From Promethearchaeota archaeon (GTDB lineage Archaea; Asgardarchaeota; Lokiarchaeia; Sigyniarchaeales; SOKP01): DNA of 17,101 nucleotides. Below the pieces are notes generated by a model. That model made no database searches and was not told the DNA's origin. It saw nothing but the letters and a program-made list of their open reading frames with translations. A program made the position numbers and the translations under genes. Numbering within the stretch: position 1 is the stretch's first letter; each line of letters begins with the position of its first letter. Where the stretch lies: contig JABXKD010000075.1 of NCBI GenBank assembly GCA_013375475.1, positions 1 through 17,101 on the forward strand, written 5' to 3'. Shown one piece after another: positions 1 to 7,266 of the stretch.

Positions 1-4
1 ACAT

Positions 5-16
5 AAAAAAAAAAAA
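5..16 (-). terminator. Oligo-T (T12 on minus strand) putative terminator after the membrane protein gene
   Basis: A12 on + at 5-16, ~25 nt downstream of the TAA at 42-44. Archaeal terminators are typically oligo-U tracts. Confidence 0.55.
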
Positions 17-41
17 TTAGTAGTTTTTTAATTTATGGCGT

Positions 42-437
42 TTAGCTTCTCTGTTTGATATAAGAGACAATTCCAAGCGTTAAAAGCACAGCTTCTACAG
101 TTATAGTAAATAAACCTTGTAGCCTCCACGAAGCTTCAAAAGTGGAGTATAACGTAGCATATACGGCAACTTCAATGATTAATGTGAATATAAGTAATCC
201 TATAAAATACTCAAATGTCAATTTAATTTCTTCCCATTCCTTTTTACGAAGCATTAAAATTGCGAAAATAGCAGATAATAAATTAACTCCCCCAAACATT
301 CTTGGAAGATAGGGGTTTGTCCATCCCGCAGGATTCATGGCCATATCATATAGGAATGTAAGGAGTATTCCAAATATGAACCAAAGAATAGTATCCACTA
401 AAAGTACGATTTTTGTAAATTTTTTTATTTCAGTCAT
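42..437 (-). CDS. Small integral membrane protein, about 4 TM helices, unknown function
   Basis: Four hydrophobic segments; 'PRMFGG' at the start of TM2. Start moved from GTG 449 to ATG 437 because GAGGTGA (452-446) is an SD lying 8 nt upstream of that ATG. Confidence 0.85.
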   Translation of the reverse strand: MTEIKKFTKIVLLVDTILWFIFGILLTFLYDMAMNPAGWTNPYLPRMFGGVNLLSAIFAILMLRKKEWEEIKLTFEYFIGLLIFTLIIEVAVYATLYSTFEASWRLQGLFTITVEAVLLTLGIVSYIKQRS

Positions 438-476
438 TTTTTTTATCACCTCTATTTGTTTTTTGTTTTATTTTTC

Positions 477-491
477 CCATCAAATTGATGG
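477..491. promoter_or_regulatory. Palindrome CCATCAA-A-TTGATGG upstream of the membrane protein gene
   Basis: Perfect 7-bp arms with a 1-nt spacer, read directly from the sequence. Function is inferred. Confidence 0.4.
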
Positions 492-503
492 TTGATGCGT
501 TTT

Positions 504-516
504 AAAAAAAAAAAAA
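504..516 (-). terminator. Oligo-T (T13 on minus strand) putative terminator after the secreted protein gene
   Basis: A13 on + at 504-516, ~50 nt downstream of the TAG at 568-570. It may double as a TTTTAAAA TATA box (507-500) for the next gene. Confidence 0.5.
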
Positions 517-567
517 GATTTTAGAATATATTTTCTCTCTGTTACGATTGATTTAGCGTTATGGAAC

Positions 568-1260
568 CTATTTTTCCACGTATTTTGTCAAATAGGATCC
601 CGGACCGACCGGGAACATACCAGGTCCAAACCCCACATTTATTGTTGGGATGCCAACATCCCATATAACCGCAGCAAGGACCCATCCTCCTTGTTCCAAA
701 TTACAAACTGGATTTTCGTCGGATCCTGGGGGATAATTGGGATCTTCAGGATCAAATTCATAATATTCACCTTTAGGGCTTAGTAACATTAAAATCTGTG
801 CTGATATGTATTTACCTCCAGTATTTGGCATGGTTATTGGAAACAAATTTCGATATAATTCCAGGGAATAATCAGTATCAGTAGTTTTAACCTTTCCCCC
901 ACCCACGACCTGCCAAACGTGAATAAACCAGAATTCAAAGATTGGGCAATAAAAAGTAAAATCGGTCGTTAGAAGGAATCCATCTTTGAGCATTCCTTTC
1001 ATCGCATACACTTTTTCACCTGATTCTTCATCATAGATTTTTGAATGGAAATTTACTTGTACCGAAGGGAAACCACTGACTTTATCGAATTTCATCTTCC
1101 CTACGATAAGATTAGTAGCATTGATATCTAGATCGTCTCCTATTGCCATGAATGAGACGCGATTAGAACTAGCAGCCATCACTGGTGTCATAATTGCTAT
1201 AATAGTTATGAAAAATGTTGCCGCGATCATTGCTTTAGTCATTTTTGATTTCTTTTTCAC
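568..1260 (-). CDS. Putative secreted protein with Sec signal peptide, unknown function
   Basis: Basic N-region (KKKSK..K), hydrophobic core (AMIAATFFITIIAIM) and a TPVMA|AS cleavage-like site. The mature part looks beta-strand and Gly/Pro rich. SD GAGGTGA at 1275-1269 lies 8 nt before GTG 1260; ATG 1266 and ATG 1242 are alternatives. Confidence 0.8.
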   Translation of the reverse strand: MKKKSKMTKAMIAATFFITIIAIMTPVMAASSNRVSFMAIGDDLDINATNLIVGKMKFDKVSGFPSVQVNFHSKIYDEESGEKVYAMKGMLKDGFLLTTDFTFYCPIFEFWFIHVWQVVGGGKVKTTDTDYSLELYRNLFPITMPNTGGKYISAQILMLLSPKGEYYEFDPEDPNYPPGSDENPVCNLEQGGWVLAAVIWDVGIPTINVGFGPGMFPVGPGSYLTKYVEK

Positions 1261-1362
1261 TATCATTTTCACCTCAAATATTTCTTTTTATTCAACTCTT
1301 TATTGTTAAATTTCGATTTTATCATCTTTACGATGATTAATTAAATCTTGAGTTATTATTGC

Positions 1363-1370
1363 ATTTATAA
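1363..1370 (-). promoter_or_regulatory. Putative TATA box (TTATAAAT) for the secreted protein gene
   Basis: Archaeal TATA-like octamer on the minus strand, ~100 nt upstream of the start and next to the direct repeat. Confidence 0.5.
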
Positions 1371-1375
1371 TTGAT

Positions 1376-1400
1376 CTATCGATAGTTTCACGATAGTTTC
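1376..1400. promoter_or_regulatory. Direct repeat CGATAGTTTC x2 (11-bp period) overlapping the palindrome CTATCGATAG; candidate operator
   Basis: Exact 10-mers at 1380-1389 and 1391-1400; perfect 10-bp palindrome at 1376-1385; lies in the divergent intergenic region next to a wHTH regulator gene. Confidence 0.6.
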
Positions 1401-1489
1401 GATTTTTTTTGAAAGTATTATGAAATAAATATAAATAGAAAAGAATCCGATCTATAATTCAGAAAAAACGAATTTGGTTTTCTCAAATT

Positions 1490-3394
1490 ATGAGAAATGT
1501 AAAGTATCCTCCAGAAAAGATCTATAGCCCTTCTAAGTGGAAAAGGCCGAATTATGACCATATTATTCTCTGGATGCTAAATAATAACGAGATGTGCAAG
1601 TGGGCGGATTTTTGTAAGGAACCAATTGAAATTCCTCCGGGTACTTTATCTAGACATTTGGAACCCTTAAAACGCAAGGGATTTGTAGAAAAAGTTGCGA
1701 GAGGCCATTACAGAATCACACCAGAGGGAAAAAAGGAATTTCATGCACTATCCGGCACTAAGAAAAAGGCACACCAACTAAATTATCCTCCTGAGGTAAT
1801 CATAAAAAGCGGTCGGAATTATTTTCATTGGATACTTTGGATGGTTTATAATAATACTTATTGCAAAAGATCTGAATTTCTAGAAGATCCTTTGTCAATA
1901 AATCAATCTTCGTTGTCAAAAAATTTGAATTCATTAATTGAAAAGGGTTTTGTAATAAAGGAGGATGGAAAATATGTAATTACCAGAGCAGGTAAATCTG
2001 AGTATTCAAAGATGCTTCAAAATTATGATTTAGATAGGCAAACAATTTTAGAAGAGGAAAGTAAACGGGTTGATGAAACAACTAAAAAAACATTTGAATT
2101 TTTCAGCAAATTCAAGGTCACTAATGATAACATTAGATATAGGTTTATTAATAATAAATTAAAATTGGATTATTCAAAAGTAAGCAACATTTTAAAAGAG
2201 GAAGTAGATTTTGATAAAGTTTTACTCTTCATTTCAACCAATCATCCTGATTTTTACCCTGATTATATATCATTTGATGAGTTTTCAAGATTTTACCATA
2301 TTAAAAAAAAAACTCTTGATTTTTGGGTTGATGAGATTGTAGAAAATGATTTATTTAATCTTAAGTTTTTTAAATTAGAAGTTTTTCCGGATAAGTGTTA
2401 TTATTTCCGATCCAACGATAAACTAGAAAGGATACTTCGAGCGATTACTGAGGACCATATTACAAAATATACTTTTTTAGCAAAATTTGGTAAATCCGAG
2501 ACTATGACCTCTATAATAGATGATATCCTTGAAGAAATTTGTAGTAAAATATTTAATGAGGATTTAAGGGATCAATTAAAAGACTTCTTACCTGAATATA
2601 TTCGAGTTCTAGCCTATAAAATCGAGACTAAAGGAATGTTAAAGGATACTTATGATAAATTAGAAGGACTTATTTGGCAGAATATGTCAGATATAATTCA
2701 AATTAAAGGTTCTAATAAGTTAGAAAATCAATATAAAGAAAAAATTAAAGAAATTGATAACGAACTTGAATCTGATCCAATGAACCTTGATTTATACTAT
2801 TCAAAAATTAGAATTTTGGTTTATTTCAACCAATATAATTTATCCTTAACATTATTAGATGAAATCCTTGAAAATTTCCCCGAAAATGAAAAGGATATTA
2901 AAATTAAAAAAGCTTCAGTCCTTAAAAAAATGAAAAGAGTTGAAAGCGGATTAGAATTAATTAACGATTTGATTCAAAAATATCCAAAAGATCATGATCT
3001 TCTTAGTTATAAAGCCTATTGGCTACAATTTTTAGATAGAAAAGAAGAAGCAATAAAAGTAATTCAGAAACTCATAGAAAATGAACCTGATAAGGGAATT
3101 TATTATGATACTTATGGAGAAATTTTAATGTATTTTGAAGAATATGAAGAAGCGACTAAAAAATTCGTAAAGGCTATGGTTTTAGGGAGCCATGATTGGT
3201 ACATTTACCAAACTTATATCAAATTAGGGATATGCTATAAAGTACTTGGAAATCTTGAGTTTGGAACTGAAAACCTTAAAAAAGGGAGAAGTTTTGTAAT
3301 TAAAAGCGTAAATGATCCTGATACCAAAAAAAAATGGCTTTCAATCGTAGATCTTTTTCTATCAGATAATGGACCAATAGAAGTAAAACTCTAA
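1490..3394 (+). CDS. Tandem winged-helix + C-terminal TPR protein, putative transcription regulator
   Basis: Two homologous N-terminal repeats: YPPE..NY.H.ILWM..NN..CK...F...P..I....LS..L..L..KGFV.K..G.Y.IT..GK.E (aa ~4-84 and ~97-172), matching a wHTH pattern. A third wHTH-like unit may lie near aa 240-307. The C-terminal third has ~34-aa helical repeats (ENFPEN, QKYPKD, ENEPDK..YYDTYGEIL...EEYEEA) typical of TPRs. Confidence 0.85.
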   Translation: MRNVKYPPEKIYSPSKWKRPNYDHIILWMLNNNEMCKWADFCKEPIEIPPGTLSRHLEPLKRKGFVEKVARGHYRITPEGKKEFHALSGTKKKAHQLNYPPEVIIKSGRNYFHWILWMVYNNTYCKRSEFLEDPLSINQSSLSKNLNSLIEKGFVIKEDGKYVITRAGKSEYSKMLQNYDLDRQTILEEESKRVDETTKKTFEFFSKFKVTNDNIRYRFINNKLKLDYSKVSNILKEEVDFDKVLLFISTNHPDFYPDYISFDEFSRFYHIKKKTLDFWVDEIVENDLFNLKFFKLEVFPDKCYYFRSNDKLERILRAITEDHITKYTFLAKFGKSETMTSIIDDILEEICSKIFNEDLRDQLKDFLPEYIRVLAYKIETKGMLKDTYDKLEGLIWQNMSDIIQIKGSNKLENQYKEKIKEIDNELESDPMNLDLYYSKIRILVYFNQYNLSLTLLDEILENFPENEKDIKIKKASVLKKMKRVESGLELINDLIQKYPKDHDLLSYKAYWLQFLDRKEEAIKVIQKLIENEPDKGIYYDTYGEILMYFEEYEEATKKFVKAMVLGSHDWYIYQTYIKLGICYKVLGNLEFGTENLKKGRSFVIKSVNDPDTKKKWLSIVDLFLSDNGPIEVKL

Positions 3395-3425
3395 TGCAAA
3401 CATCTTATTAATAATACAAAACTGT

Positions 3426-3440
3426 CGAAAAGCTTAAATA
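3426..3440 (+). promoter_or_regulatory. Putative BRE-TATA (CGAAAAG-CTTAAATA) for the MFS gene, implying a ~200-nt leader
   Basis: Purine-rich BRE followed by a TATA-like box. A similar AAGCTT(T)AA motif precedes other genes in the window (~5016, ~11606, ~13834, ~13860). Confidence 0.5.
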
Positions 3441-3481
3441 TTAGTCAAACGCTTAATAATATAGTGAATTAAAATGGATTA

Positions 3482-3637
3482 AGTTTATAGCGATTACTTT
3501 TTGTGATTGAGTAATTTTAATTTAAATTACTTTTGACCACATATCTAACCCTATCTTAATATCGCTATGAACTCTGAACAGCTACTCATATATTCATAGA
3601 GATTATGTTGGGGTATTAATCGTCTTTAACAGAGTTT
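3482..3637 (+). ncRNA. Candidate structured 5' leader RNA of the MFS gene
   Basis: By-eye pairing: a 13-bp stem 3482-3494/3561-3573 (one G-U) encloses a hairpin 3502-3517/3524-3541. Alternative stems are 3565-3571/3593-3599 and 3570-3576/3630-3636. I recognise no known RNA family. Confidence 0.35.
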
Positions 3638-3673
3638 TCCATAATTAGCAGAAGGTACAAGGTGAAGAGAATA

Positions 3674-4903
3674 ATGAATTTATTGGGTAATTCAGAGGAA
3701 ATTGATAAAGTTCAGAAAAAAAATCTGTGGGCTTTATTTTTTATGAGTTTAATTTATGGTTTCGCCTCGAAACCGTTCTTCATAGTGTATCAACCTTTTT
3801 TATTAGAAATTACAGATTCAGTCTTTATAACAGGTATTTTTGTAACTCTGGGAGGCATCCTCCTATTTTTACCAAAACCCTGGGTGGGAAGATTATCTGA
3901 TAGATTTAACCGCAAAAAAGTTTGGTTGCTTGAATTGCCCTTTTTTTACATTGGAATGACTTTCCTATTATTTACAGAAAATCTTATATTTCTGGTTCCA
4001 GGAATAATCTTCTTTCATTTAAGCGGAGCGATTGGAGAGATTGGTTACTTTATGTTTATTTCCGCAAGTAGCGATAAAACAAAGAAAGGGATTTTGTTTG
4101 GTTTGATGTTTTTTGGTATATTTATTGGTAATATCTGTGGAGAATTTTTTGTAATGCTTGATGTTGTCGACGATATTAGAATTTATTTTATTCTTTACAT
4201 AATATTAGATACATTCAGTTATCTCATCTTAATTTTTGTTATTTCTGACCCCAGATCTATAAGGGCTAAAGATTTTGCGATTACTACGGGGATTACTAAT
4301 AAAAAGCAGACTATGTGGAAAGATATCTTTAAATCACCTAAGAAAAGAGCTGTATTAATCTTCTTTGTGCTTGACACCTTCATTTATAGTATTTCACTCT
4401 CAATTCTTGGAGCCGGTTTGAGAGCTCAATACGGTTTGACATATGAAGAGATGGCTTTCATAGCAATCTGGTTAAGTATTTCAACTATGATTTTTCAAAT
4501 TCCCGGAGGACATTTAGCAGATAAAATCGGGAAAAAACGCTCTTTAATCGTGAGTGAATTATTTGGTTTAAGCGTTTTTTTTATTTTTATATTAACATTC
4601 ATTCTTTGGTCCTTAGGATTTCAAATATTTTTGATTCCACTACTTAGCGTTGCTAACATATTATGGGGTCTTAATAAAGCAACATTCATTCCTTCAGCGC
4701 AAATAATATTAACGGATTTAGATGAAACCAGAAAGGCTGAATCATATGGGATTTCAAGTTTTCTATTAGGAATTGGATTGATGCCTACAGGGATTATAGG
4801 AGGTTTCTTGACTGAAAAAGTTAGTTATATTACCCCATTTATCTTAAGTTTTATAGGAATTATATTTTTAATTTGGTTCTTATCTAAAAACTTCCACGAT
4901 TAG
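3674..4903 (+). CDS. Major facilitator superfamily transporter
   Basis: About 12 hydrophobic segments; MFS motif A twice (GRLSDRFNRK, GHLADKIGKK). AGGTGA at 3660-3665 lies 8 nt before ATG 3674, so this start is preferred to GTG 3662. Confidence 0.93.
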   Translation: MNLLGNSEEIDKVQKKNLWALFFMSLIYGFASKPFFIVYQPFLLEITDSVFITGIFVTLGGILLFLPKPWVGRLSDRFNRKKVWLLELPFFYIGMTFLLFTENLIFLVPGIIFFHLSGAIGEIGYFMFISASSDKTKKGILFGLMFFGIFIGNICGEFFVMLDVVDDIRIYFILYIILDTFSYLILIFVISDPRSIRAKDFAITTGITNKKQTMWKDIFKSPKKRAVLIFFVLDTFIYSISLSILGAGLRAQYGLTYEEMAFIAIWLSISTMIFQIPGGHLADKIGKKRSLIVSELFGLSVFFIFILTFILWSLGFQIFLIPLLSVANILWGLNKATFIPSAQIILTDLDETRKAESYGISSFLLGIGLMPTGIIGGFLTEKVSYITPFILSFIGIIFLIWFLSKNFHD

Positions 4904-5000
4904 ATATAAAAATGATAGAGTCTTAAATGAAAGGAGTAGAGTCCTAGGTATAAATTAAATTCCCTTTATAATACAAATAAATAAATTAGTGAAACGTTTT

Positions 5001-5018
5001 TTTATACTTAAGTATAAA
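5001..5018. promoter_or_regulatory. Perfect 18-bp palindrome TTTATACTTAAGTATAAA; candidate operator
   Basis: Read directly. It overlaps the AAAGC-TTTAAC promoter-like element (5016-5026) ~40 nt before ATG 5061. Confidence 0.5.
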
Positions 5019-5060
5019 GCTTTAACTAGGAATTAAAAATAAATTATTCTAATATCTCTT

Positions 5061-6455
5061 ATGACCGACCAAGGAAGCTATGATTCAGCACTGCAAGAAA
5101 TAAAAGTCATTTTTACTTTTCTTACAGAAGATAAACCTACACCAGATGATGAGATCGAAGCCAAAGACAAACTAATTAATCAATTCAGCAGATTAAAAAA
5201 CAATAGTACGTATCCCGAAGAAATTAATTTTATCGACCGAATATTGCAGAAATTGGACGAATGGGATACGCTCGATCTTTGGTTTTCAGAAACAAGTCTC
5301 CCGGATGATATTATGAATATATTAAATATACCTAAGAGGACCGAAACTTCAAAAGAAGAAGAGTTAGCTGATGTGCAAAAAACCCCTATTGAACAGACAA
5401 ACGGAGATTCAGAAGTTGATCTGACAGACATTTTTAATAAAGTTTCGGAGCAGTTTAAAGGGGAAATTGAGAATTTGAAAGGAACAATAGACACTCTTAA
5501 GAAAGAATTGGATAAGAAAGACGAGCCTGCCAAACTTCCAGCTCGTAAACGGGAAGTACATAAAATAACTCCTAACCCGAATGCAAAATTAGCTCCACCT
5601 GTAATTAAAATACCTGCTATAAAAAAGCTCGTAAAACCCCCTCAAAAAAAACTGCAATCAGTTCCAAAAATTCCAACTCCCACTGAAATCGAACAACAAG
5701 AAGCATTTAAAGAGCAATTAACTCCAATTCCTACTGAACCAGAAGAAATACCTTTACCCGTTGAAGATCACGATTTAACCCCTATCCCTAAAAAAACCCC
5801 TAGTATAGAAACAGTCGTATTTGAAGAATCAATGAAAGAAGACATTCCTTTAAAAACAGAAAAAAGGAAAATCACATCAATTATACCAGAAAAACCAAAA
5901 GAAGCATCTACTTCAGAATTATCGGAATCGAAACCATTCTTAATTGAGATACCTAAAATTTCCGCTGTGAAAATTGAAGAAATCGAAAGCGAGTCTATTG
6001 TTTCAAGTGGATCTGACCTTTTTAATGTATTTTCCTCTGTAGGGACTAAATCACAAAAAAAACCGCAAGAAATCATCGGATTTACTGAAAGGCACCCCAA
6101 AGTAGAAGAAAAGAAAAAACTTGAGAAGAAGAAAAAGAAAACCAAAGACGATCAAGAACCTGCTGCAATGCCTTTTATAAACTTTAATGATAACAAAGCC
6201 AGCATTGAACCTGAATTAGAAAGTCCAAATTTAGAGAATATTTCCGAAGATAAAGATACTCTTTATCAAGAACTGATCGCACTCGAGGGAAGGCGTTATT
6301 CCTTAGAAAGAAACTTTAAAGATGTAGAGAAGAATTTTAATAAAGGCTCGATATCAGATGCTGATTTTAAAAGGCAAAATAACATCCTTAAGAAGCAATT
6401 GAATGAAATTACTTCGCGTATTAATAATATTAGAAGAATTATATCCAGTTTATAG
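5061..6455 (+). CDS. Hypothetical protein: helical N-domain, coiled coil, long Pro/Lys/Glu-rich disordered linker, C-terminal helical hairpin
   Basis: 464-aa ORF. Coiled-coil-like at aa ~120-155; low complexity at ~155-395; C-terminal coiled coil with 'KGSISDADFKRQ' resembling a SHOCT-like G.I...EF motif. Confidence 0.85.
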   Translation: MTDQGSYDSALQEIKVIFTFLTEDKPTPDDEIEAKDKLINQFSRLKNNSTYPEEINFIDRILQKLDEWDTLDLWFSETSLPDDIMNILNIPKRTETSKEEELADVQKTPIEQTNGDSEVDLTDIFNKVSEQFKGEIENLKGTIDTLKKELDKKDEPAKLPARKREVHKITPNPNAKLAPPVIKIPAIKKLVKPPQKKLQSVPKIPTPTEIEQQEAFKEQLTPIPTEPEEIPLPVEDHDLTPIPKKTPSIETVVFEESMKEDIPLKTEKRKITSIIPEKPKEASTSELSESKPFLIEIPKISAVKIEEIESESIVSSGSDLFNVFSSVGTKSQKKPQEIIGFTERHPKVEEKKKLEKKKKKTKDDQEPAAMPFINFNDNKASIEPELESPNLENISEDKDTLYQELIALEGRRYSLERNFKDVEKNFNKGSISDADFKRQNNILKKQLNEITSRINNIRRIISSL

Positions 6456-6457
6456 CA

Positions 6458-7231
6458 TCAAATTTTGTTACTCTCCCTTAAATCAAAAAATGGTGGCATT
6501 TTAAGCTTATGTTCAGCTGCATTCATCATTGTTCTTACTTTTTTAATGTCGTTTTCGTTAATACCTTTAAAATCTAAATTGTAATCGATTCTATAAAGAA
6601 TTTCATCTATAGTATCATAGGTTAATCCAATTTCTCCCTCGTCTGTTTGTCCCGGCCAAAGACCTGCACTTGGGGCTTTAATTATTATTCTCTCGGGTAA
6701 TTTTAATAATTTCGCAATTTTCCTGACTTCCTGCTTATATAGAGACGCTATGGGCTCAAAATCGGCTGCGCCGTCTCCATATTTTGTAAAATACCCAATT
6801 ATTAATTCAGCTCGATTACTTGTTCCAGCAACTAAGCTTTTTCCCTTAGATTGACCTATAAAATATAATGCCATCATGCGTAATCGGGGTTTAAGATTAG
6901 CTGAAGCTAATTTATCCTTTCTTAGTAAGGGGTTTGTTATATCCAAGAATTTTTCGTAAACAGGTGTTAGATCTAAAACATCAAAATTGATTCCTAAGTG
7001 TTTAGCAATTGATTTAGCGTCATCGAGATCTTTTGATATAGATCCACACGGTAAGCCCATGCCAATTATCTTCTCTTTTCCAATTGCATTCGAACATAAC
7101 GCTGCTGTAACCGCGCTATCGATTCCACCACTCAATCCCACCACAATAATGGTAGCTTTAGCATTCTTTACATAATTTTTAATCCAGTCTTGAATATCAA
7201 CTACAATTTTTTTATAATTGAGTTCGCGCAT
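6458..7231 (-). CDS. nadE: NH3-dependent NAD+ synthetase
   Basis: GLSGGIDS PP-loop, NLKPRLRM, GTSNRAE..IGYFTKYGDG, LYKQEV, KAPSAGLWPGQTDEGEIG, EHK. No glutaminase domain. Confidence 0.97.
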   Translation of the reverse strand: MRELNYKKIVVDIQDWIKNYVKNAKATIIVVGLSGGIDSAVTAALCSNAIGKEKIIGMGLPCGSISKDLDDAKSIAKHLGINFDVLDLTPVYEKFLDITNPLLRKDKLASANLKPRLRMMALYFIGQSKGKSLVAGTSNRAELIIGYFTKYGDGAADFEPIASLYKQEVRKIAKLLKLPERIIIKAPSAGLWPGQTDEGEIGLTYDTIDEILYRIDYNLDFKGINENDIKKVRTMMNAAEHKLKMPPFFDLRESNKI

Positions 7232-7266
7232 AATGTCTATAAATCTTTTTTTTTTTAAAAATTCAT

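Noticed and set aside
1121-1309. 62-aa plus-strand ORF
   Set aside because: Antisense shadow of the secreted protein gene, with no SD or family signal.
2303-2312. A10 run (and A9 at 3326-3334) in the regulator as a phase-variation tract
   Set aside because: The frame is intact, and Lys-codon A-runs are common in this AT-rich window.
3394-3411. Micro-ORF MQTSY overlapping the regulator stop (TAATG) as an RRNPP-like signal peptide
   Set aside because: Only five codons with no export signal, and such overlaps arise easily by chance. It would need ribosome profiling or conservation evidence.
3561-3640. SECIS element or C/D-box sRNA in the MFS leader
   Set aside because: AUGA and CUGA are present, but I found no correctly placed GA partner or RUGAUGA box. 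No neighbouring gene has an in-frame UGA.
5180-6145. Minus-strand ORFs 5180-5533 and 5768-6145
   Set aside because: Ser/Phe-rich antisense shadows of the Lys/Glu-rich gene 5061-6455.
6458-6460. nadE TGA as a selenocysteine readthrough
   Set aside because: NadE is already complete, and readthrough would run into the convergent gene.
6987-7175. 62-aa plus-strand ORF
   Set aside because: Antisense within nadE.
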